Source: Mobula hypostoma
Lineage: Eukaryota
NCBI RefSeq assembly: GCF_963921235.1
Contig: NC_086109.1
Location: 11,780,001-11,844,000 of the forward strand
Length of the DNA stretch: 64,000 nucleotides
Direction: 5' to 3'
This document shows positions 49,211-59,844 of the stretch, piece after piece. Each line of letters opens with the position of its first letter. Position 1 is the first letter of the stretch. A program made the position numbers and the translations under genes. The notes under the pieces were generated by a model. That model was given only the letters and a program-made list of their open reading frames with translations, was not told where the DNA came from and did not search any database.

Positions 49211-52125
49211 CCTTCACGTTCAAGGGTACACCTCAGGGCTAACATTCCTGAATGGTAAATCGAAACTGTTACAGAAACAGCAATAAAGAAGCCTTCTATA
49301 TCCATGTGTGACAGTATTCCTGAATCTGCACCTGGGACTTGCACAACTGACAGCAGTGAAAACCAAGTTACTGAACTGATGAAGACACTGCCAGATGGAA
49401 GACCTTCATTGCCGCCCTAAACGCCAGTGGCATAATGGGCAGTAACACAGAGATGATCTTGGCTCAGACCCTCATTGAATGGTGAGAGTGGTGAAAAGAA
49501 TAAAAAAAAACTTTGTATAGCAACAAGTGAGAAGGTTAAAATAAATTGTGAGGTGATGATAAAAAAAACTGTGTTAAGATTGAGAGGGGATGATGAAGTT
49601 TCATCTGTATTTTTCTGATGGAAGCTGAAAATTAATACGTTAGTAGAATAGTACTTTCCACATACCTACCTACTCCCGGCCCCACCACCAGAGACTCGAT
49701 CATACACTTGTCATTCCATCATCTGTGGCCCATTAACCCACCAATCTGAATAGTTTCGGTCGTGGTGGTGTGAAGCAGATGGAGGAAAACCAAGCTGTCA
49801 CAGGGAGCCTGGAGAAACTCAAGGATTGAAATGGTCCGTGTGAGCTGTGAGACAGCAGCTCAGCTGGTGGTGCCTTGTGCCTGCCTCTCATTGACTGGTG
49901 AAGAAGGCACAAGTGCTCTCTGCAGAAACAAATCCACTTTGTAATGAAATTCCTATTGCGCCTATGAGAAATATCCCCACTACAGTGAAGCAAACAATTG
50001 TTTAGTACTTTTTTAAAGGAATATATGGGTTGGCACAACATCGAGGGCCGAAGGGCTTGTACTGTGCTGTAGTATTCTAGTGTCTAGTGTCTAGTATTCC
50101 AGCAAGGGAGTTAGGAACAAAAATATTAATGCAGCTTGTTATCATGTCCACAGAATATGCTCCAATACTTCATGTTTAAAGACTTGCTTGTTATTGCTAT
50201 TGTGTTAGGTGTGTCTGTGTTCTATGTCCATGTACTTCTTGCGTTCACTTTCCCTCTAGATAGCTGAACAGAAATTCTGGGCTGATCTTCCAGTGCAGTA
50301 CTGAGGGAGTGTGGCAGTGTTGAAGGTGCTGCCCTTCATTCAACCCAGATCCTAACAGGCTGCTCAAATGCACATAAACGTCCCATGGTACATGTTATCT
50401 TTCCATCACTGCATTAATGTTTGTTTAATCGTGCTGTGGAAATGGTGCCCTACACGTCCCCATATTGGAGCAGTAGGTGGAGCTTCAATTAATTAGTTAG
50501 CTACAAGATATCACCACATATGATGCAATTACAAATCATCCCTTCTCACCGAAAAACTTGAAGTTGACATTCTTCTCCAGTTCACCTCATCACCATGGTA
50601 ACGACCAAAGGAAATGCAGCTCATGGGCTCTGTGGCTTGTAACCTTTCCGGCAGCAGTATTTGCGGAGGGAAGATGAACACGGTTTATGCAGCCACGGGC
50701 AAGGAGAGTGGGAGGAGTCAGCTGATGCACGGAGGACTTTGGAAGTTGAGGATGGATAACTGAAAAGGATATCAAAGTACGATACTGCCAGGGCCACATG
50801 GAGGTCTGTATTAGGATTATAGTTTGAGTGGAGTGAGTTTGGCAGATGACTGTTCCTTGTTTCACAGCAGACACTATATTAATGGAAGAAGGATGCAGAA
50901 CCAACAGATTTCCCATTCCTGTAAAGAATAAATCCATCCGAAATACTCCTGGGAATGAGAATGGGATTTTAGATTCAAGTAATTATATCAAGAGTCTTGG
51001 AGCACTGCAGTATTGTAGCGATTAGTACGACTGTAATACAGACTGGGGTGTTGGAGTTTGGAGTACAATTCCAGTGCTGTCTGTAGGGGTCTGTATGTAT
51101 GCCCTGTGATTGTATGTGTTTTCTCCAGGTGCACCAGTTTCCTCCCACAGGCCAAAAGAATCGACAAATAATTAGGTTAATTAGTCATTGTAAATTGTCC
51201 TGTATCAGGCTAGGGTTAAATTAGGGGTTGCTGGGCAGCACGGTTTGTTTGATTGGAAAGGCCTGTTCTGTGCTCTACCTCTAAATAAATTAATAAATAA
51301 ATACAAGGAATATAAAATAGTCGTATTTCATTAAATTACTCAATGCCAGAGCCTTTTGAATACTCCAGCCCTGTTATGCTTTGTAACTCCAAATCATAAA
51401 TTTAATTTGAGGAAAAAGACAGAAGTTCAAGAGGTGCTAGTTTGTTTTTTACTTTAAGCGAGGTGTGCACATATCACGTGATAGCGTCATGATATCTGAA
51501 ATTCACTTATTTTTACATGTAATACGTATTAGATTATTTAAACAAACAAGAATTCTTAATCAAATTATATATTTAAAATATTACTCGAATACACAACAAG
51601 CCCCGCCGCTAAGTTTGTTTCTGAACCGCCCTCTGATATAGCCCAGGCAGACACACACGGCTCAGAGCGATAAATTCCACCCTGGCCCCTGAATCTCACC
51701 AGAGAATGAATTTAAAAATTCAAAGGATTTTTGGCAGGTTTAATATGGGTGTGGGTAAAATATGCCTATGTGACTGGCAAGAGGCAAGAATGAGAAGCAA
51801 ATGCAAATATTTTTCTTTTACACACAGAACACGTACATTGCATTGTGATGTTATTAAGATATTGCATGGCATTAAGTATCCCTTCAGTTTCATTCATAAT
51901 TGAGTGCCTTTGTACTGGTGTGGATTTGTGTGCTACGCTCCCATGGAAAGAAGGAAATTGCAAGTCCATTCCCCAGCACTTATCAATAATTTTTGCTGAG
52001 TATTTTCTACCTTTACAATTTACACATTTTCCACCTTTACAATTTACACATTTTGCTGTGGAAATAGAGCATGAGATCTAAACTAACACTCTTTATCAGC
52101 ACGTCTATCTCTGGTGGTCACTCAC

Positions 52126-52162
52126 CAGGCAAGGAACAGATGAGAAGAATCGGAACCCACAT
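52126..52162 (-). CDS. Leader exon, distal duplicate, encoding the same peptide MWVPILLICSLP-G
   Basis: ATGTGGGTTCCGATTCTTCTCATCTGTTCCTTGCCTG|GTGAGT. Intact ATG and donor; differs from the proximal copy only by synonymous changes. Confidence 0.8.
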
Positions 52163-52388
52163 TGTGTTGGTTGCACAGGTCAGACCAGCAACTTGACCGT
52201 TCCTCAAGGTTTAGTTCTTAGTGTAAAATAACTTTTGAATAGAAATGTTATGGTGTAACTAAATGAGGAAGAAGGCAGTCGGAAGCCCAGTTGTGAAAGC
52301 ACAGTGAAGCAACAGATGCTTACTAAGAAATTAAAATTTTCTCAGTGCATTTATGGAATAAATTTATTTTCATTGAATGGAGAGCATG

Positions 52389-53027
52389 CCAACTGCCAAT
52401 TGTACATTGTTAACCAAGAGATCGAACAAAAGACCAGCTTTAATTACCTCGGTAGCTTTATATTACAAGATGCTAGAAGTAAAGTAGAAATAAAAAGAAG
52501 AATTGCCATTGCCAAAACCAACTTCCAAAAAATGAAACCCATTTTTACCAACAGACACATTTCTATGACAACAAGGCTTAGGCTACTAAAATGTTACGTC
52601 TGGTCAATCTTGCTGTATGCTTCCGAAACATGGACTATGACACCAGAACTCCAAAGAAACTTAGAAGCAACAGAAATGTGGTTTCTTAGAAGAATATTGA
52701 AAATATCATATAGAGATAGGGTAACTAATGAGACAGTACTCCGATGTACCCATATAAAAAGATCTTTAATGAGAACATCAAATGAGAGGAAACTTAAATT
52801 CCTGGGCCATGTCATCAGAAAGGGAGAAATAGAATGCCTTACATTACAAGGCCGCATGCCTGGGAAACGCAGTGGAGGAAGGCAAAGAAGAAAATATATG
52901 GACACTGTGAAAGAACTAACAGATCTAAGTGTGCGAGATATCATTGACGCTGCGAGGGATCGTTCGATGTGGAGAGCCATGATCGCCCAAGCGTGTAACG
53001 TGCAAGGCACATGAAGAGAGAGAGAGA
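52389..53027 (+). mobile_element. 5'-truncated RTE-clade LINE inserted in the promoter of the distal leader
   Basis: FNYLGSFI...EIKRRIAIAK...RLLKCYVWSILLYASETW; (GA)n tail; absent from duplicate A; TSD-like GAG(C/T)ATG. Confidence 0.9.
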
Positions 53028-54649
53028 TGAGTATGGTGGAAAGATTAAAAAAAAATCTGTATAGTAACTAAAGTGAAAGGATTGAAATAAATTGTGAGGT
53101 GATGATAAAACAGATAGTGTCAGGACTGAGGGGGCATTCCCCTCTCTTTGCGCCTACAGCAGCCTGAGGCAATGAGAATGTCAATTTGCAACAGGAGAAG
53201 CAGTTAATGCAGAGCCTGTTCAGAGTTTTAAAAGGTTCCCCTTCTCCTTACCAGTTCCCACGATGATCATTACTGTCTGCTATAAAGAAGACTAAACTCT
53301 TTCAATTTGTACTACACCAATCGTTTTTTTATTGTCTGTTGTCCGCAGCAGACTCATGTGGTGATTGGATGTGTGTCATCACCCTGAGCATAACCTAAAA
53401 TTATCTCAATTCAAAGGTAAAACTTAAGAGGTAAAGATTTCGGATGATGACTTTTCATCTCAACTTTTCTGATGGAAGCTGATTGTCTTGAAAGGTTAAA
53501 TGTTCCTTCCTTCAAAATTTACCAACAGTGGATTGCAGCAGGGACAGCCAGGTGTCCGCATGCCGGTTGCTCTCTACAAATCAGTTATCATGTCCACAAA
53601 ACTAAACAACTGAGGCATTCATCGACAACATCAGCGAAACAAAAGTGCACTTTAATTGATTAAATTTCTAATTAGTAACATTGAAAAAATTGCATTACAC
53701 TCTAGGATTAATGTTCAATGCAGTAACCAGTGCCTGAGATGGATTCTCACATGTTGGATAAAGATCTTTCTCATGAATCAGTTATAGGAATCTCAGTGAC
53801 AATACTCTCCACTAGTTTTGGCTCCTATGTCCACTCCGCAGTCCCAATTAAAGGGGCATAATTCTTCAATGCCTCTCAGTTCAGAGTTTCAAAGTTTCAA
53901 GTTTCAAAATACATTAATTATCAAGTATGCATTATACTGAAAGAATGTTTTTTTTTCATTCAGTGGTAAGTACGTTTGAAAGCATTCGTGGAAGCCATGT
54001 GGCAGCATTTAGTACTTCACTTAACTCCACAAACCTATCTTAGTTTTTTTTGTGAACCATTTGATTGAGATACTGTACTCCAGCAGAGCAAAGAGCAGCC
54101 AATGCCCCACACTCCATATCAGATAACTGAGTAAAAAAGTGGAAGAGACTTCAGTGGGAGGAAATGAGACAGCTTTGTGTTTGAAACATTTACTTCTTCA
54201 TTCCTCTGTTTTCTTAGTGGGGTGGCACAAGGTAAAGCAGCAGAGCCAAAGGAGTTCGTCAGGCAGGGTGAATTAGTGTTGGACTGAGGGGAGGAGGGCA
54301 ACTGGTACACTTTCGAGAAAGAGGAAATTAATTCAACAATACGGAAAAAATAAGACTCAGTCACGGCACAAGAGGTAACAAGGGAGAATTTGCAAAATTG
54401 GATCAATCCACCAGGGCATGTGTGAAGTGCAAAGGTAGAAGAATAATAAGTCACATTTGTGAAAATGTTCCATTGCATTTTAAAGCAAGAATGGAGTAGG
54501 AAATAAGTAAATGGAAAGCCAAATTTTGGCTGTGCGTAGCTATTTGGAATACAACATGAGCAAGGAGCATAGAGAACTAAGAGGAAAGATGAACCATAAG
54601 TGTGTATAGTATCAGGAAACCATGAACAGACTGGGTCTCCTTTCTCCTG

Positions 54650-57600
54650 AGTGGTGGCCACAAATGAGAATTCTATATAATGAAATGATTTGACAGAGTG
54701 GATATAAGAATAGAAGGAGACTACTCAGTCCCTCAAAATTGCCTTCTATAGAGCATGATCAGGGTTATCCTTGCGGGAAGGTTTGCTAGTGCTGCTCCGG
54801 GGTGTTTAAACTAGATTTGCAGGGGGAGGGAAACCAGAGAGTTAGAGCAGATAGTGAGGTGGAGGAGGATACTTTACACTCAGTTTACACCGCAGGCTGT
54901 CAGAGCAGTGCTGCCAGGATAATCAAGGACACGACCCACCCAGCCAACACACTTTTCATCCCTCCTCCCTCCGGGAAAAGGCTCAGGAGCTTGAAGACTC
55001 ATACGGCCAGATTTGGGAACAGCTTCTTTCCAACTGTGATAAGACTGCTGAACAGATCCTGACCCGGATCTGGGCTGTACCCTCCAAATATCTGGACCTG
55101 CATCTCGGTTTTTTTGCACTACCTTTCTTTCCATTTTTCTATTTTCTATTTATGATTTATAATTTAAATTTTTAGTATTTACTATCGATTTGTAATCCAA
55201 GAAGTGGGAAGCGCAGAATCAAATATCGCTGTGATGATTGTACGTTCTAGTATCAATTGTTTGGCGACTATAAAGTATAAAGTATAAAGGTCATGCGAGA
55301 ACTGCAAGTATAGTGCATGGAGTAAAGCCAGATCTAACATTAAAAGAGGCTTTGAGGAAAGAGAAGCAGAATAAACGGTGTAAAGACAGTAAGGTAGAAG
55401 GACTAAAGTGCGTGCACTTCAATGCAAGAAGCATCAGGAAAAAAGGTGATGAACTGAGAACTTTGATACATACATGGAATTATGATGCAGTGGCCATTAC
55501 AGAGACTTGGCTGGCACCAAGGCAGGAATGGATTCCCAATATTCCTGGATTTCAGTGCTTTAAATGGGATAGAGAGGGGGGAAAGGGGAGGAGGGGTGGC
55601 ATTACAGGTCAGGGATACAATTACAGCTACAGAAAGGATGGGTAATGTAGCAGGATCATCTTTTGAATCAGTATGGGTGGAAGTCAGGAACAGGAAGGGA
55701 GCAGTTACTCTATTGGAAGTATTCTATAGGCCCCCTGGTAGCAGCAGAGATACAGAGGAGCAGACTGGGAGGCAGATTTTGGAAAGGTGCAAAAATAACA
55801 GGATTGTTATCATGGTGACTTTAACTTCCCTAATATTGATTGGCACCTGATTTGTTCCAATGGATTAGATGGGGCAGAGTTTGTTAAGTGTGCCCAGGAC
55901 GGATTCCTGTCACAGTATGTTGACAGGCTGACTAGGGGGAATGCCATACTAGATCTAGTACTAGGTAATGAACCAGGTCAGGTCACAGATCTCTCAGTGG
56001 GTGAGCATCTGGGGGACAGTGACCACCGCTCCCTGGCCTTTAGCATTATCATGGAAAAGGATAGAATCAGAAATGGCAGGAAAATTTTTAATTGGGGAAG
56101 GGCAAATTATGAGGCTATAAGGCTAGAACTTGCGGGTGTGAATTGGGATGATGTTTTTGCAGGGAAAGGTACTATGGACATGTGGTCGATGTTTAAGGAT
56201 CTCTTGCAGGATGTTAGGGATAAATTTGTCCTGATGAGGAAGATAAAGAATGGTAGGGTGAAGGAACCATGGGTGACAAGTGAGGTGGAAAATCTAGTCA
56301 GGTGGAAGAAGGCAGCATACATGAGGTTTAGGAAGCAAGGATCAGAGGGGTCTATTGGGGAATATAGGGAAGCAAGAAAGGAGCTTAAGAAGGGGCTGAG
56401 AAGAGCAAGAAGGAGCATGAGAAGGCCTTGGCGAGAAGGGTAAAGGAAAACCCCAAGGCATTCTTCAATTATGTGAAGAACAAAAGGATGACAGGAGTGA
56501 AGGTAGGACTGATTGGAGATAAAAGTGGGAAGATGTTCCTGGAGGCTGTGGAAGTGAGCAAGGTCCTCAATGAATACTTCTCTTCAGTATTCACCAATGA
56601 GAGTGAACTTGATGACGGTGAGGACAGTATGATTGAGGTTGATGTTCTGGAGCATGTTGATATTAAGGGAGAGGAGGTGTTGGAGTTGTTAAAATACATT
56701 AGGACGGATGAGTTGCCGGGGCCTGATGGAATATTCCCCAGCCTACTCCACGAGACAAGGGAAGATTGTTGAGCCTCTGGCTAGGATCTTTGTGTCCTCG
56801 TTGTCCACGGGAATGGTGCTGGAGGACTGGAGGGAAGCGAATGTTGTCCCCTTGTTCGGAAAAGGTAGTAGGGATAGTCCAGGTAATTCTAGACCGGTGA
56901 GCCTCACGTCTGTGGTGGGAAAGCTGTTGGAAAAGATTCTTAGAGATAGGATCTATAGGCATTTAGAGAATCATGGTCTGATCAGGGACGGTCAGCATGG
57001 ATTTGTGAAGGGTAGATCGTGTTTAACAAGCCTGATAGAGTTCTTTGAGAAGGTGACCAGGCATATAGAAGAGGGTAGTGCAGTGGATGTGATCTTAGTA
57101 AGGCACTTGACAGGTTCCACATGGTAGGCTTATTCAGAAAGTCAGAAGGCATGGGAACCAGGGAAGTTTAGCCAGGTGGATTCAGAATTGGCTTGCCTGC
57201 AGAAAGCAGAGGGTCATGGTGAAGGGAGTACGTTCGGATTGGAGGGTTGTGACTAGTGGTGTCCCACAAGGATCTGTTCTGGAACCTTTACTTTTTGTGA
57301 TTTTTATTAACGACCTGGATGTGGGGGTAGAAGGGGTGTTAGCAAGTTTGCAGACAACACAAAGGTTGGTGATTGTCGAAGATTGCAGAGAGACATTGAT
57401 AGGATGCAGAAGTGGGCTGAGAAGTGGCAGATGGAATTCAACCCCAAAAAGTGTGAGGTGGTACACTTTGGAAGGACAAACTCCAAGGCAGAGTACAAAG
57501 TAAATGGCAGGATACTTGGTAGTGTGGAGGAGCAGAGAGATCTGGGGGTACATGTCCACAGATCCCTGAAAGTTGCCTCACAGGTGGATAGGGTAGTTAT

Positions 57601-58213
57601 GAAAGTTTATGGGGTGTTAGCTTTCATAAGTCAAGGGATAGAGTTGAAGGGTCGCGAGGTAATGATGCAGCTCTATAAAACTCTGGTTAGGCTACACTTG
57701 GAGTACTGTGTCCAGTTGTAGTCGCCTCACTATAGGAAGGATGTGGAAGCATTGGAAAGGGTACAGAGGAGATGTACCAGGATGCTGCCTGGTTTAGAGA
57801 GTATGCATTATAATCAGAGATTAAGGGAGCTAGGGCTTTACTCTTTGGAGAGAAGGAGGATGAGAGGAGACATGATAGAGTTATACAAGATATTAAGAGG
57901 AATAGATAGAGTGGATAGCCAGTGCCTCTTCCCCAGGGCACCACTGCTCAATACAAGAGGACGTGGCTTTAAGGTAAAGGGTGGGAAGTTCAAGGGGATA
58001 TTAGAGGAAGGTTTTTTACTGAGAGAGTGGTTGGTGCATGGAATGCACTGCCTGAGTCAGTGGTGGAGGCAGATACACTAGTGATATTTGAGAGGCGACT
58101 TCATAGATATACGGAGGAATTTAAGGTGGGGGTTATATGGGAGGCAGGGTTTAAGGGTTAGCACAACATTGTGGGCACTGTGCTGTACTATTCTATGTTC
58201 TATGTTCTATGTT
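54650..58213 (+). mobile_element. CR1 LINE with most of ORF2 (APE endonuclease plus RT), frameshifted; (TTCTATG)n tail
   Basis: LKCVHFNARSIR; VAITETWL; GDSDHRSL; RPVSLTSVVGKLLE; SGVPQGSVL; LQRDID-like; RRMRGDMIE. Confidence 0.92.
54871..55289 (+). mobile_element. Short 3' copy of the 9820-11291 Rex1/Babar family nested in the CR1
   Basis: Near-identical 3' ORF end and UTR to 10850-11291; (TAAAGTA)n tail. Confidence 0.9.
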
Positions 58214-59774
58214 CAAACCTTGTCCCTGCTGCATCCCCATAGTAATCAATTCCTTGAGATTAGCTACTTTCTCCTTACATACAGACATAACTCCTTACAT
58301 AACCTCCATGAACTCACATTCCTAGTTAAACTCCACTTGCCAACTTTCCACCCATATGCAAATTTCTATAGATGTACAGTGGAGAGCATTCTGACTGGTT
58401 GCATCACCACCTGGTACGGAGGGGCCACTACACAGGATTGGAAAAACTTGCCAAAGATTGCAAACCTAGCCAGGTCCATCACGGGCTCTGGCCTCCCCAA
58501 CATTGAGAACATCTTTAAAAGGTAATGCCTCAAAAAGGCAACATCTCTTGTTGAGGACCGTCACCATCCAGGATATGCCCACTTCTCATTGCTACCATCA
58601 GGGAGGAGGTACAAGAGCCCCACGACACACACTCAACATTTTAGGAACAGATTTTTCCCCTTAACTATTGGGTTTCTGACTGGATAACAAACTACCTCAC
58701 TATTTTCTTTTATCACTGATTTGATTTATTTTAATATACTCCTTTTTGTAATTTATAGTTTTTAATTACATATTGCACTATACTACAGCTGCAAAACAAC
58801 AAATTTCACAACTTAAAATATTAAATCTGATTTTTTTACTTACATAACCCATTAGATCTAATTAAAGGCTTCTAATATCCTCATTCCAACAGGCCCTCCT
58901 GCTTATCTTCATGACATCTGAACCTTGGAACTTTAAATTCTGACCTCTCCTTCCTTAATTGAGGACTAAGATCCGACCTTCGGAACACACCACTTGTTAC
59001 ATCCTGATAACCTGAAAAAAGACCTCTTTATTCCAGCTCTCTGTCGTCTATGCAATAAACATTTTCATTCCCTCAAGCAGAATAAATATATATGTAGCCT
59101 GGGGAAAAGAACACTCTCAGGACAACAAATACTTTTTTCGGGTTTTAATTCCTTTATCTGTTTTAGATGTTTGAGTGCCAGAAGAGGGTCGCAAAACAAA
59201 ACGAATGAATTTACAACCAGTTCTTGCCGTTACAATCACAGTTTAACTTTCGATCCACACCCTTGTGAATGGACAGAATTCCGTATGCAGTATAAAAAAT
59301 ACCGGAACTAATATGGTACTAATACTGTAGTGGCAATCCTACTTGGATGGTGAGGAACTTTATATAAGCCACGCTACCCAGCGTTGATTTCTTCAGTCGT
59401 GGAAATTTTTCCTCACCGTGCCCAGTCTCAGGAGGAACTCAATTCCAATGCCCCAACAGCGCCTTCAGCAGAAAACAAAATGGTCTCCCCATTATCCTGC
59501 AAGTGCGTAATGATATCACCATCTCCCTTAAAGGCACAGACAACTATTCTAGCATTACCCGGATGGATGCCTAAGTACACTTTTAACCCGGTTACGTATA
59601 TCTTGTCCACCATCCATTTAAATAGCACCTTTGTAATGCCTTCTGAAAATCCAAATACTCTACATCAACGTGTTCTCTCTATTGACTGCTTGCTACATTC
59701 TTAAAGCATATTAGCAAATTTGTCAAGCATTTCATGAAACCGGATTGACAAGAACAGTAATGAGAAAGATATAC

Positions 59775-59844
59775 CTTGTAATATGCCGGTTTTCAAAGTG
59801 ATTACATCTCGTTTCTGAAGTTATAGATTGCACGGTTGTTGCAT
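59775..59844 (-). pseudogene. Paralogous stalk exon (D)ATTVQSITSETRCNHFENRHIT(R) of an upstream gene or relic
   Basis: tttcttttttgatctaacag| ... ACAAG|GTATAT. 70 nt, phase 1 to 2 like 38868-38940. Flanking intron blocks are alignable to 38845-38867, 38960-39085 and 41270-41360. Confidence 0.7.

Larger units (their letters stand above)
45240..49635. repeat. Tandem segmental duplication, unit A (leader exon plus promoter plus part of intron 1)
   Basis: Co-linear alignment by eye with 49640-53490, including shared SINEs, a shared solo-LTR-like insert, the leader and the promoter. Confidence 0.9.
49640..53490. repeat. Tandem segmental duplication, unit B
   Basis: Starts aatagtactttcc...cccaccacc(g/a)gagactcgatcatacacttg, as at about 45247. 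Ends at the block gatga...ttcatct...ttttctgatggaagctga shared with 49590-49630. Confidence 0.9.

Noticed and set aside
52304-53014. 236-aa ORF as a possible host gene
   Set aside because: The first ~28 codons are antisense promoter DNA fortuitously in frame with an RTE RT C-terminus.
54119-54661. 180-aa minus-strand ORF
   Set aside because: No domain features or TM segment and no convincing splice sites; probably a chance frame in decayed repeat sequence.
59428-59643. 72-codon minus-strand frame after an apparent acceptor (attttcag), resembling a terminal exon
   Set aside because: The acceptor lies in a CR1 RT relic (DVEYLDFQKA). The open frame needs phase 1 but the stalk exits in phase 2, and the peptide has no recognisable motif.
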